From NCBI GenBank assembly GCA_040954595.2, contig CM082596.2, forward strand, positions 6,770,791 through 6,834,790: 64,000 nucleotides of DNA, read 5' to 3'. Positions 39,801-54,800 of the stretch are shown here, piece after piece. Both the position numbers and the translations under genes were made by a program. Source of the DNA: Balanoglossus misakiensis (Eukaryota; Animalia; Hemichordata). The notes beneath the pieces are model-generated. The model ran no database searches and was not told the origin of the DNA. It saw only the letters and a list, made by a program, of their open reading frames with translations. Position 1 is the stretch's first letter, and every line of letters begins with the position of its first letter.

Positions 39801-42800
39801 ACTCCATCACTCCTGACGTCCCCGTATCTCCAAAAAGTGCACCACCCGATATAATTCAACCGAGGGGGGAACGCAGCTGTAAATACCGCGTATCTGACAG
39901 GACACCACATGACACCAAACGCGGTGAACTGACCCCCCCTCCTCCTCCCCAATTAATTCAGATGGAAACCCCACTACGAGCACTCGAACACGTAGCAGTG
40001 CACACAGACCTATTTTTGCATGCGAACCAAATTTTCAGTGTTTACGGTTAATGTCAATTATGTTGGGAATTTTTAATTTAATTGCCGGTGCGGAACCGCC
40101 CTGCATTCCAGACATCGACCTGTGGCAAAGACAAAAAGCATGCCACGTATTTTAATTCTAGCATCGCTATTTATGACACCTAACTACAGAACATTGTTTT
40201 CGGTCGCCAGTGTCAATTATCCCCAGAACCAATAATATAATCATTTAACCAAAGGCAGAGGTGTCTAAGAAACCACTACTGACGAACCAGAGTAGCGATG
40301 TACCGCTCTCCTCATATTTTCCTTCGGGTTGCAACACCTGGCTACGGCGAATGCCAGACATTTGAATTTCTCATCGGCCGGGGTTGCGCTGCCGGCGTCC
40401 GGTTGATTTTCGTAGAAAGGGGGAATCGGCGACAATTAGTTTATTGCCTTCGGCCAAAGGTGCGAAATATTTAATTAAAACCCAACGCGGAAGAAAATTC
40501 GGGTTGCGACACGCTTGAGCTTGTCAAGCGTGTGTCTAAGATCGGAATGTGATAAAGGGCGGAAACTAACAGTCAGGTCATGTTTTACACTCCGCACATG
40601 CCAAAGTGAAGGGGTTTTGCCCCCATTCCTATAATTTAAGGGGATGGATGGATGGGGGTGGGGGTGGTTTGGTGGTTGGAATAATTCAGGGGGTTTGGAA
40701 TTGCTTCACATACGATGGCTTGTTGTTCTACTTTGCAACCCCCATTCCTATGATTTAAGAGGGTTGATGGAGGGGTGGAATTATTTAGGGGGGTTGGAAT
40801 TACCTCACATACGGTGGCTTGTTATCCTTCCCTGCCATGAACCACCCTATACCTTACCCCATCCCCATTTGACGGTTGACAGGTGGCTTACCAAAACTGT
40901 GCCCTCGCTGGCCATGCTTTCCTGATCTCTCAATAAATCTAAGAATTGGGTTTTAGATTAATGAGATTTTGAGAGATTGCGCTTTTCATATCTTCTGGGG
41001 ACTGTAATTATAAAAGCATCAATATTAATTGCTGTGCGCGTATGTGAATGGCGATACTTAAAACGAACCAGGAAGGGTTACGGATGGAGAGTTTCATCCT
41101 CATCGGTTTTACATCATGACTGGTTTGTTGCATGTGCGTCAAATTTACTGGTAGAGCGAGCGAAGGTCAACACTGGTTATCAGTGGGCCAGGTCTCTGAC
41201 TAAGTCTTTATATGGAAGATGGTGGTTCAAAAACTTGACAAAATTTTCAGCAAATTACCAATCACGCTTTCTTTGCAATTTCACACTTTTTCTCGTGATT
41301 TACGACGTTCGCAAAAACCAAGCGCGCACGAGTGCAGAGCAAATATCGGAAATCCCTCAATCTCGTCACCCTGGAAGATACACCGGGACGCGGAGAGAGT
41401 GGCCGATGATTATACCATCAATGTGACTATTAATGTTGAACCTTTGACCTTCTGTGAACACTGTGAAGGTCAAGGTCATTATGCACTTTGCAATGAAACA
41501 GACACGGCATCTTTTCCATACGCTCGCATCACATCAACAATATATTCTCACTGGTTTTGTATGTCATGTATGTATATGTGTGTATGTGTGTTGATGGATG
41601 GATGGATGGATGGATGGACGGACGGACGGGCGTGGACTTGGTGTTAGCTAAGCTTTAAAATTAGCATGATTCAGTGAGCAAACCCAAAGAAATAATCTAT
41701 CAAATAAGAAACAAACAAGAAACAAAAATTGCGACTTTTGTCCCTTAAACAGGGGCCTCCAAAGGAGACAGTTTTCCGTCCGTCAACGATCACACCCTGA
41801 CCACTCATAACATCGCGGCAACAAAGGTAGGCATGTTCAGTGCCTCGGCCACACTCGTGTTCCGGTATTAAAGGGAAACCTGTTCATCAATCTCTGCCAT
41901 GAACGAAACAATACAACCGGTGTGGCAAAACTCGTCCACAACAATAATTAGCATTTTAATTAAGTGTCTTTGAATTTCCTCTGATTGTGTGGAGGTGACT
42001 TGGCCATTAGCAACTAAGTGTTGGGCGCGTCAGCATAGACAAGATAGACTTTTTATTTTACATTTTCCAGAAAGTGAGTCTTCTTTCAGTTTGTCACCTG
42101 GAATGTGCAATTAGCCCCTGAGGAATTACGGCCATGGGGGGGGGGGGGGGGATTTTCATTCCGACACCAACCACGAGGGGTGAATTTCTCATGTGTGTTA
42201 TTTTGGTTTGATTTTGGGGTTACGGAGTTTAAGCGAGGTTATCACCCTTTTGGTGAGAATCCGTCCTGGCACCGCTAACCGACGCTCGCACACACGGCCG
42301 ATTTATTCACAATTATTACCTTCATCGAAAATGTCGTCGCCACGACGACGGCGTTGGCAACCGCTTCCAGGCATGCGCAGAGACGCGCGCAAGAATTTGG
42401 CGTACAAAATCATAGCAACGCAGTGCAGTGCAGTGCGACACGGCAACCTCGTTCGCGGCATCAAGAAATTGCGGCTAAGCTTACTTCCGTCGATGCAATC
42501 ACGCCTAGAGTATGAATATTTGTTGAGTACAGACTACAGCGAAAATTTATCCGAACGTTTTCATCACATATCGTGTTTTGTATATGTTCGCCTCGAGTTG
42601 ACATCGTCTTGCGCAATCAATACGCGCTGCCTATGGGATCTGCAACGTTTTCGTTACGCTCCAGTCGCCGCGGTTATGCCAACCAACGGTTCCCGGCAAA
42701 ATTCATTGCCTAATGACTAGGCCCGGTCATGATGTCTCTTGTCTCAAACAAAAGACAGGAACCTCTGAAAAAAAGGCAATTGCCTGTCTAGAAGGAAGTA

Positions 42801-45800
42801 TAGTCACCCCGGGAGTATTTTAAAACACGGCAGACAATAACTCCATCATGGCCCACGCAAGGCGCTGGGCACTAAACGCTTCTACAATGACAGTGTTCTT
42901 TCGGGTTGATATCAAATCATAGAGGATGCACGCAATCATGACAAGGAGCATTTGATTTTTCGTTTTTGTGACCGGCCAATTCCTGCTTTCTGGTCGCGAT
43001 GGGCCCATCCATCTGTGAGATGGACTCCAGCAAAAGAGGAAACACCGCGACTTCCCTACTCAAAATGTTTAACAGAAGCAATTACAGCTTAGAGATTAGA
43101 CGGGTCTCGCACAAAAAAATGTCGAGGTAAACACTGAACCCCTAACGCGGAAAAGGGCAAAACAAGAACGCCAGGGCCTCGATAAGCGCCTGATTATTGG
43201 TCAAAACTTTCGTGGGAACGACCACTTTGTATATGTGCGCACTCGCCGGCACGGTTGAACACAATCTGTTGTATTCATTCACTGAACTCTCCCAGTTCGG
43301 TTCCCAACATTTCTTTCACGAAAGTCTGTCGCTATCTTGTGCCGACAGACGACAATGCCAGGATGTTCGCGGTGATGGAGTCGCGGACTGATTTCCTTTG
43401 CGCGTTCCTCCCGAAGCGCGCCGATTTCCCGACGAGTCGCGTATCAAGTTAACGCAATATTTGATGTCCCGTCATTCCGAAGAATCAAAAGACGCTCCGC
43501 GGGCCTGTAAAAGTATTTTTGGGGGTATGGCCGGGGTGAGCGTTTAATTGGCCCTCTGCGAATGAGATCCGAACATAGACAACGTCCAAAAATAGGCGAA
43601 CTATCTAAATGTTGATAACCTCGTTTGGCGGTGAAAAACATTCTCATCTTTACGCTCGGATGCAAACCATCGGCTCGAGGTGATGGCAGATTTTGTTGAG
43701 CTCAAAGTCAGCTCTATTTCTGTTGGGGACGGTGACGTCATAATGATGCGCGCTGAGGTACAGGTGGCAAAAAAACTATCACCCTATTTCTCGGTGAAAC
43801 ATCTGCCTGCCTGGAAAAGCCGCAAAAGTCGTGTGGGGGTGAGGAAATGAATGCGATACGCCACTGAAACTTGAAACTCGAGACAGAACAATTCGGATCC
43901 TAAAAGTTACAATGGTCTTAACATTCTTAACATTTTAACCTACGCGTTCGGAGAAACATTATCCAGCGGCTGCCGGAGATAGGTGTGAAAACACGGGCCC
44001 CGCACATGTCGCGCACTTCAAAAGTTGTAAAAGGAACGGCCAAAGAAGGATGCCCGGCGCATTCCTTGTTTCTCGGCCGGCGAGAGTCGGGTTGCCCTGG
44101 TGCCGATGTGGCGACCTGAAAGGGGGAGAGGGGCGGCGAGACAAGTCTCTGTCGATCGATCATGCTCTTGGTGAAGAGTGACTCTCAGGACAGTTCGAAA
44201 CTCTGAAGGAGTTTCTTTTTTCCTACGGCATGGTGTAACTTTCAATCGGCGGACACTAACAATGGCGCAGATGTCGGCTCCTGTCGCCCCGCAGATTGTT
44301 ACTCCGCTCTTATAAACCTATCCACCAAGTCGTTCCACGCTTATAAGAATCTTAATGCGGTCACATAAAACCCGCAAACGCTCTCCGAGAATGGCGTAAA
44401 CAGTTCTAATTTTAGCGCAATATATTAATCTGAACAGTAAATACACTGCAAATTGTGTGTTTACTGTAAAAAGAATCCGCGTGACTTTTCAATATCATAT
44501 TTCCCAAGAAGATGAGTGAGAGATACCGTTAAGGAGTTGTAAAGTGCCTTTTGGGTTTAGATAAAGATTTTCATTCAAATACAGTCTTGTCTAGAACGAA
44601 TCGCGGGTACATGAGAGGGATAGATCGCACTGGGTCATTTGACTGACTGACTGACTGACTGAAGGAAGGAAGGACGAAGAACGAACAAATGAATGAATGA
44701 ATGAATGAATGAAGGAACGAACGAACGAACTAATGAATGAATGAAGGAACGAACGAATGAATGAATGAATGAATGAATGGATGGATGGATGGATGGATGG
44801 ATGGATGGATGAATGAATGAATGAATGAATGAATGAATGAATGAATGAATGAATGAATGAATGAATGAATGAATGAATGAATGAATGAATGAATGAATAT
44901 AGACGACACATTCTCGTCACTGCATTAAAAGACTTTCCCGAAAGAAAACTTTACGGCGTTTCATGCAATCCAGCTGCACAGGATGCCGAGTGATCACCGG
45001 CGGAGTCAACTACAGAACCTTGCTTTGACCGTCCCACGTCCGTGATGTTGTACATGTACGTGTATTTGGTGGACAAACAAATCAGGACCCCGACGCGTGT
45101 TTACTTTGCCTCAAAAACACGCGTTGGTGGAAAAGATGAAAGAGATAGCGACGCCGGAGACATGACCTTAATTTGTCTGCCATTTGCCGGTTCAAAGAGG
45201 GCAGTGTGTTTTTCCGAGCCTGGACAAACGTGGCCATTGATCCGGCACTGTCTTTCGGTATCAGACCGTTAACTCACTCAATACTACCTGTGTTAATGCG
45301 ATTTTCCGCCAAAATGGACATAATCCCTTAAGCTGGGGATTATCGCGAGCTGCCCGGGTCTTGATATTCACGCCGCATAGCAGTCAGTCATGTTCAATGT
45401 CAACGGTCATGCGCAATGACGCTAAAGACATCTCAAGGTACAAAACTCCAGAGTTCTGGACTCTTCGGCTCGGTCAGTCTCCTGATCTGTGACGGACACG
45501 TTTTTTCCAAATTTGTTTCCCGCTGATTTATCTGTCCTCTGATAAGGTTGACCCACCTTTTCCGATTCAATAAACCAGTCCCATGTTTTTCTGCCATTTT
45601 TCTCTTCAAATGGCTGGCTCCGATTTCGTCAGCCAATATTTCACAGCCTTCAGTGGTCAGGAGAATAATTGCGCGGGAGTAGATTTGTTTGCTGTCGTTG
45701 TAATTAGGACATGTACATCTGGGGATACTTGTGGGTTGGAGCGTTCAAACTTTGCCTAATATATAGTATACGCGTCAGGCATTGTGTTAAATTGTTAATT

Positions 45801-48800
45801 CTCGAGTTTAGTACCAAACTTTATCCAATGTCGTCCACGCATTTCTGGTCGATTCTTTAACATGCTATAGACCCGGATACGCAATCCAAGACTTATGGGC
45901 AGTTTCTCTAGCTTAGGGGAAAATACAAGCTGGTCCGTCATCTTTGGCCAAAACACAAACAAATTGTTCTTCCTTCGTAAACCGACTTTGAGTTCTTTAT
46001 GGCAATGTTTTGTTTTCAAAAATAGACAAAATCAAACTGAAGTCACTCTTCTGACTTCGCAAGCGTCTGATTTGGGGGATCGCTGCCCCCGTTTTTACGC
46101 ATGTGCCCCGAACAATGGAGGCTTTCTCACTAACCAGCAAACCGAAAAGTTGATCGACCAGTAGACACTTAATATCCCCCAAAGAAAGTTGGCCAAAAGA
46201 TTACACACGTCTGGTTGTGCAAAACTAAGACGATTAGAACTTCTGTTAATTGTAACAGACTATACTAAATCACAAAATGAAGAAAATGGGAAGTCGCGCA
46301 ATCATACAATCACATGCACATTTTCTGCGGACAAAGGAAAATGATCAAAATGCATAGTCGCGAAAAAATATATTTTACTTGGTAACTGGAGGAAATTTAA
46401 TGTGCTGATCTGCACTCACGCGCACATTATGCAAACTTCGAATACGAGATTTTATTTGCTATCCTATGAACACAAAGTCTCGCCCTTAATGATGACACGT
46501 ACATCCATAGGCTCTTTGGGGGGGGGGGGGAGATTATTGTACGACATAGGAGAGGAGGGTATTTGAGCGACCATAATGAGGAGCAACGCGTCACATCTGA
46601 CGTCACGGTGAAACGAGAACATAAAGTGGGATTCTTCCTAAAAACATGATTCCAAATTTTACAAAACTCTTTTTTTACATAGTGAAGACGGTGCTGAATC
46701 AATTTTAATGCCAGCCGGGAGGGGGGGGCGAACACAAACTTGGACACCGGACCCACGCGTGGGGGGGGGGGGGCATCTTCACAATGGAATTCAGTCCATC
46801 CGGTGTCTCCTGCATCAAAACAAGTCGTTGACACAGATTCGATTGTGCGGCATCTCAATTGCGGGCCATTTCGGACCCCAGTGACAAATTCTCGAAGTCT
46901 CCTCGTGTATAACGTCCAATTTTCTTGCTTGGCCATGGCTCCCGCGAATTTTCGCACCTCGGGCCAACCACGGTAGTGGGAGGTCAGAAATGTGGGACGG
47001 TCGTTGGCAAGCTGTTGTTTCTTTTTGGACCCAGACCCGGGGTGGTCGTAGCATGCCTCCGCCGGCGTGGGGTTTTATATGAAGATGAAACTGCCGTGGA
47101 AATATTTGTCCCTGTGACCAAACACCGGGATCATCCCCCTATATACTCGTGTTGATGTTTTCTTGAGAAAACTCTAAAGAAAATTTAACAGCCATGCCAA
47201 GGTTGCCTGCGGTGGGGATGTTTACTCAAGTTCTGTATATAAGAAAAGAATTGCTCTGCATTCTCACCAGTGTAAATGATTTCTGTAGGTTCTTATCATA
47301 CCTGAACTAAAACTGCAATATTCTCTTAATTCAGATATTATCCAGAATTAATAGCTTACAGAACACCTGGTGTGCTTTTTAAACGGGTTGGTGTGATCTG
47401 CACACTCGATCCATTATCTCACACAATACTTTTGGTCGTTTGAATCAAATCCAGGACAGTTTAAATTAGGCTTAATCTGGATTTCCAATATCGATGTTTA
47501 GTCATACAGTATCAACTTCATGCAAATGAATTATTAATTCCCATAAAACAGTACCTCAACATGACGGGACCTGCACTCTACTGCACAATGGTATGCATAA
47601 CCTTCGCAGATTTTGAACAAGTTAATGCTTTACTTAACATAGCTAGATGAAGGATTTATCGTCTGAGGGAATTCATTCAGATCTCGGATGAAACCGTCGA
47701 CAATAAAGTTTAGAAAATAGAACTTTGGACGAGGACAAAGAATATGGTCGGAGGGCGACCTTCGACCCTTTTCACGTCTTGGCGCGAGAGTTGGAGAAAA
47801 GAGCACAGTCGCTATGGTAACATATCTGGCGTTTCGGTCTGTGTCTTTTCAAGGTAAATTGGCTTGGAAGCTGTAGGAACGAACTGCGGACGAGTGGATG
47901 GATGGATGGATGGATGGATGGATGGATAGGTGGGATGGTTGGTGGATTTTGATTGGGTTTGGATGGGTGTGTGGACGGACGAACGAGTTGTTTTATAATA
48001 GCGGTGGCAACCACAAGTTTTGATGACGTCGCTAAAATTGATACCACCAACAGGCTAACATTTGATCATGCCGCCATCACCCGAAGGAAGTGGGCTGCAG
48101 GCGAGCCTATTCTGCTTCACTTCATTTCAGAGATCAGCGTGGAAATCATTGCGGAAGCAAGACTTCAATCTAAAAGCGGAAAATGGAAAATCTCCAAATT
48201 TGTACGCCAATTATGTTTCTTTTTATCAGCAATTACTATGAGCCATGTGAATATCGAATCGCGTTCAAAAGGACCCCACGACACTAAAAATGAATAATTA
48301 CCTTATACTACATATAATTACATACTTGATGTTTAAGTTAATGGGGCCTTTCTTTTGATAAAACATCATCGCCGTGTAACACTCGAGATCAATTTCCTTT
48401 TATTGAGCGCTTGATGCCTGAAAGACCCACCTATGTATTGATAAAAGGCGAACCGTTTTATCCCAAGGGGCCGTAAAATACGATTGGCTATAGACAAAAC
48501 ACGGGGGAAACAGGAAAGCTGAGTTGACCAGCATGATCTGTGGTTTTAGTGCTGGTAAACCACAAATTTGGATTTTAAAATAAGACAGTGCTACGCGGCC
48601 TCTGCAGGAACCGCGCATGCGCGACTACAGACGCATCAGATCTGCAAAATATGACATACAGTGTACACCACGGTACTCCTTGGCCTGACAACACCTGTAT
48701 TGGCTAAAGGTCCCGGGTCCCAACGCATACCAACGGTCTCCCTGTAGCGCGTGCGGGCCGGGGTGGGGTTGCCGCAACAAAAAAACTCATACAAGCGTCG

Positions 48801-51800
48801 CTAGGGGACGCTGTCAGATAAAATATTTTCCCAGACTCATTTGTCTTCCATCATGTCACCGCTACCGTCCATCGCCAGCATGTCGGAATCAATTTAGAAT
48901 GGATTACTAAATTCCACCCGACCAAGTACACCACATGGTTTAGTAATTCCGGTCACAATAAAATGTAGTTTTTTATTTCGCCGGGTACGATCATGATCAG
49001 TTTGATTGCAAAAGTTCACTAGTGCGTGGTATGCATTCCATTCAATCAAGAAAAAAAAAACTTGTCTAGAAGAGACACATGTTAAACTCAAAAGACACAC
49101 TGTTCATTGCCAAAATTATTACAGGTTTTAAATAAAGTTAGCCCTTAGCTTGAGACCCTAGCATATCTAACTTGTAAAACGTTTCGTCGAATCACAACGT
49201 AAAAGCCGAAAAAGGTGACTTAGTAGTAATTTCGTTCAGTTTTTTTTGTGATTTTTTTTTTTTTGGGGGGGGGGGAAGTACACGCGTGTGAGGTAGGGGA
49301 GGGGGTAATTCTCTTTTCACAGTCTCCTCAATCGGGGATTGCTCTGTTCCAAACCAGCGGAAAATTCTTGGCTGTCGACGTCACTCGTATTGAACGCGCT
49401 AATTTCCTCCCCCAAGGTTTCCCGAACAAGAGGAGATTAGTGGAAGTCTCATCCCGTGGATTCAGCTTAAGGATAGGAGCACCCTGAGAATTCCGTCAAG
49501 GCATCTCTGTAAATCACGCTCCTTTGTGTACACGTCGATTCGAAAGAAGTATGATCTCGTTGGATTCTTTATCCCACAAATACAAGAGGCCGGATTTCCC
49601 ATATCCCCAATAAATAAATTTGCACATTATATTCATCGTTTGGCCGTTTATAATAACACAAATGTAGACCGGACTCCAAGAGATGCGATAATTCATTTTC
49701 TGTTTTTGATTAAGATCGCGTATTGTCAAAGCGGTACGTGGAAAAAATTTAATGGAATCTACCGTGTTATAGATTTCCGCTCCGTCGCGTTCACACGACG
49801 AACTCCAAATAGGACGATATCTTAGTCGGTTATTTTTGACACCATTTCTACTCAAGTAGCTGACCAAGGAGATTTTTTTGTGAAAACAAGATTATCTGTA
49901 CGTTCGAGAGTGTATCGGATTCGAACGGTGCAATTCGACCATGCGCGGTGAGACGTTTCTGTCGTCAATTCGTGAGGGGTTCTACCCGTGATAGGCCCAG
50001 AAGTCGGTGTTGGGGTGGGGGGGGGGGCAGTTTGATCAAGCGGAGTGCCGAGACTCTGCACAAAGAAGTCTACAGATGTTCTTCTCGCGGAGAGGGAAAA
50101 TAGCGGTAAAATTCCAATCAAGGGTGTCGCTTAGGACGACGGACGACAGAAGAAGGGCACACAGATGACAGGTTAAACAAAGGTTAAAGACTTCGCTAGA
50201 TATATGGCGTTTAGAGGCGACGTTTATTTCTCCCCGTCGTCGCCCAACCCTTTTTGGCTCCGAGGGACGAGAAAATTATCTACCACCGTCTGCATAGTTT
50301 CTTCCTCAACAAATTACCCTCCGAGTTTTTGGTACAATCAAGAAGCACGCAAGGTCATTCCAACTTTTGAAAAGAGCATGCGCAAAATTGCTTGCACTTT
50401 CCACCACGGTAAACCTAAGTACAGGAGTGGACATACACACTAAAATGTCCAAGTTGCTGACGTTTCACAAAAATGACTCATTTTCCCCTCGACACGCACC
50501 ACCTACGTCCAGCTAAACAAATACCTTTCCTCAAAACAACACAAATCACTGCAAAGTTCTAAACCCCCCGATAAAATTTTTTACGTAGATCCTATTAAGT
50601 TCATCCCAGCGTTTCACAGACTGTCCCACAATTACGACTAAACACTATTTTCCCCAGACACCTTTGAGGGGAAAACTGGAACGAGATTCCTTGAAATTGC
50701 AAAACTGCGACGGTTACTAAAAAACGATTTCCAAAACTAATCCCGCGATGCGTACGCAGGAAGACAACCGCAGCAAACTACCTGTTAATGTTTTTTTATT
50801 TGTGGTTACAATTAATCGCTGTGAAAACCAAACACTCTTAATTAACGTGACTCATACAGAGTTAACGAGGGTGGCGAAATTAAGAAAACATTCCACTCGA
50901 CGTAACATTACATGAAGTTTAATGGCCGACTTAATGGGGGTTTAATCGCGAAGATTTTTCCTTTTGATGGCCACTTTCTTGGTGAAGTGTAATTCGCGGG
51001 AAGATCCCAAGATTACGATTAAGCGTTGAGTCATCCAAGCTGACTGACTCATGCTTACTCATCGCTGCTCGCCCGTATTCCAGGCCATGGGGGCGTCATA
51101 CCTTCCCGTCATGCAACGCTGTTAGCATATTTTATGTTAATTTCAGCCCTGACGTCAGCTGGGGTAATTTTGCGCAAACTCTGCATTCTCGAGCGAAAAC
51201 ACATCTGTTGAATCGAGTGCACGTGTGTGTATACATATAGATCGATGCCAAAGGCAATGTAAATTTCATAACACAATCTTGTTATGATTTTTTTCTTATT
51301 CAGTTTAGCAATTTAGCACTTTCGATATGAAACACGAAGAAAGGTCTCTGTTCTCTGCCTATCACTTTTGAAAACCAGAATATCTACGAGTTACGTTTCC
51401 GATAAGCTCAAGCTTACGAACACACGAACACACTTGTAATATACATGCGATGAAATGTACAGATTTGCCAAGCGAGGCCAACACCACAACCTTGCAGTAG
51501 GCAATATTTTCGCACCTATTTCTAAAATTCGCGTAGGTTTTTGAAGACTTTTGATTTACTTTCACACAGTTCTATTAACTCTAATGACACGGAAGAGCAA
51601 ATTAACAAAACTTCAGTACCGAACGGGCAATGTCAACAACCGCTCGTTTGAGGTTGATTGAAGGTGAACCAATTTTTGATGCGCACACTCAGTAGGTGTT
51701 CATATAGTCGAGGTCATATGACCTTTACTGCAGACCAGCTTTAGTAAACGAAAGCGTTTGAAAATTATCATATCTCAATAAGAGATTAGCTTTGCCTCTG

Positions 51801-54800
51801 GTGTAGACTGTAAAATACACGTAGTTATAAAATTGCTGTTTTGCAAAATTTCTGAAACCATTTTATTTTCCCGTCGTAAAGTTCAATGTCGATAAATAAT
51901 CGCTTCGTACCAAATTTCCGGCGAAATCTTCCCTGAGGGAGTGATTTGACAAGCGTTGCCAGCCCAGATTTGCTATTTAAAAAAGAGCTGAATTAGCTTG
52001 ACCTCGCGATGGATTAATCGGTTGCTGGTGATTTTTTACCAATAAATTTTAATGGAAAAACGTGTTCTGTGATTGAACTCTCGCGCCCGGCTCCACAATG
52101 CATAAGTTATCTTTATACCTGGACGGTTCCATGGTGCCTTGCGCGCTAAGGTTGTGTTTACTTCTGCGCCGCCTCTCCGAGGGTAAGCGTAGTAAGTGCT
52201 TACTCCCGGCCCCAAACCCGAATGATGTTAACGCAGCTAAGCTTTGACAGGCCCTACCGAACACGGGTCTCAAAACACTTCCCACCACAGCCCAAATACA
52301 ATGTCACTAGCCCTGTACGTGCTGACAGATTGACAGCTGCAGTACTCCGTACTACACGTGAGGACGGCGTGTTCATGTTGACTACGCTACCTATACAGCT
52401 GTGGTACGCAGCTCTACAGCTGCGTACCACAGCTAGTACCTATATATAGAAATGGTCATGGCTTACCTTGCGTACATCGACATCCAAACGGCTGTTTATT
52501 CCAGTCGCGACGAACACAGTCATGTACTCCGTATGGTTTGGTACTATCTTGTCAAGCATTTAAATATTCCTCATAGGCATTGAAATGACCGAAGACGGTG
52601 ACAATGTCCTGCGTCACAACGCTCATATACCACGATGCTCCAGAGACCTGTACATTTCATTGTTTACATTCACTGTCACTGTGTGGAGTGACCGTCGTAC
52701 ATTCACGCGACGGAGTCTTTATGATAAACGAAGAATTAGAACTCTACCTTTCCACAACCGCACTGACATGCTGACCTTCACATTAATTCCATAGTTTGGC
52801 GGACGTAAAACGTTGCAAATACTTGTACGGCGCACGGTGACAAATCCACAGCGGACTTTAAAAAGTTCGTCTGCCATTTTGAAAACCGGAACACAGCAAA
52901 ACTAAGAAGCTATGCATCCTGGGATACCCGAAAAGGGGTCTCTCCAACCTCGTTCGCACCCATCTATGTCAAAATGGGGCTAGTAATTCTGTTGACGCTC
53001 TATATAACGTAAAATTTTGAGGTAACGCTTGTAGAATTGCCATATTTTTGACGGCGAACGGAGACAGACTGTAGTCGGCGACAGGCGGTCCCAAAAAGAC
53101 GTTATTTACCTGTCGCGCCATGCCATGAATGGTCCCCATACAATAAGCTGAGTGAACAGTTTCCAAATATGTCTACATATATAATAATTATTATCACCAA
53201 ATCTCATGATGTTCTGATTTGTATTTTCCTTCTTTACACCAGGGCAATGGGGGTTTCCTATTCGCCAGCGAGCACGGAACAGATTTACTGCCGCGAATTG
53301 CCCGGGCTGGACGCCAGGCAGGCCAAGTTCTGCCGAAAGAATCTCGAGTTCATGCCGAGCGTCGCCGAAGGAGCTCAGAAGGGCATCCGAGAATGCCAGT
53401 GGCAGTTCCAAGGCAGGCGGTGGAACTGCACCACCATCGGAGGCGACCTGACCGTCTTTGGTAAAATCATCGACAGAGGTACGGAGGCAATTGAAGGTCC
53501 AAAAGAAATAGCATCCTAATTAATTTTCTTGCCATATAAGCCTAAAATTCATCTTGTATCAACATCCCCAGCACACTGAAATCAGTCACAAATGAATCCA
53601 CCTCGCCATAGGTATATTAAAATGGAGGAAAATGAATAAGAAAAATCCTTTTGTCGCCACAGAATTCCCATAATAATTTATTCAAAGTTTATTATTATTT
53701 TTTGTTGATTTTGAACTTAATACTGGCAATGACATATAAGTCAATCTGAGCATTCAAGGAATTTAACACAACACCACACGAAGAGAAAACTAGATCAGAT
53801 AGTAGAAAGTTGATCATAAATTGTGAAAATTAATTGTGTGTTCTTACTAACACGTATTGTGGTAAATGGGTTTTTCTACGGGTTTACACTCTTTTTTCAT
53901 CTTTCGTTAGCTTCTAGAGAGACTGCCTTCGTCAACGCAATATTATCGGCTGGTATGGTGCACTCCGTCACCCGGGCGTGTGCCGGCGGCGAACTATTGG
54001 ACTGTGGCTGCGACGACAGGAAGAAAACGCCCCCAGGCGAGGGCTGGAAGTGGGGCGGCTGCAGCGAGAACGTCAAGTACGGCGTCAAGTTCAACAAGAA
54101 GTTCTTGGACAACCGAGAAAACAGGCGGGTGGCACGTTCCACCATGAATATTCACAACATCAGAGCAGGGCGACAGGTACAGAAATATAATATAACTAAT
54201 TGAGCAAATCCTCGGGCTGGGAGTGGGGTTGACACCAGGTGACCTAAGGGCAGTGTATAGACTAGCCCCAGTCGCTTGGTGATTTTATGTCTTTATAAAG
54301 ATCCTCGATACTTTTCGTGTATTTGCTAGCTTTGAGCGGGTTTCTTGCAATGAGATGTGTCTCGGATTCAAGACTGGGCATCTGGTTTCGATTACCGTTC
54401 ACCAAGCGACTCTATGAGCCAACGCGATCCTCCACGCACGCTATATACATAGAGAGACTCGAAATAAAAAAAAATCAGAAATGTGTTTTTTTTAATGAAA
54501 TAATGAAGCCCATAGACATGGAGCAGGTCTAGGCAGTTTAGTGAAATACCCAGAATGCGCATGATGCGTGCGTCAGTCAGAACTTTTCGAAAACAAATTC
54601 AGCTCCTTTTCACACACATCGGAAGAAAGGGAAAAGCTGATAGTATGACGGAAGATTTTTAGATAGATAATACAGGTTCCTTCTTCTGGGTCTCGAAAGA
54701 GACCAACCACTTTGGAATCTTCCAGAAGAAGCTATGAGTCATCGATTCCTATCGGCATCGATGATCTACGATGTGGACCGTCTGGACATTATCGCGCCCC

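Noticed and set aside
42193-42720. 175-aa and similar ORFs in Wnt3 intron 1 (also 46427-46957, 37582-38037)
   Set aside because: No domain resemblance, no codon bias and no splice context.
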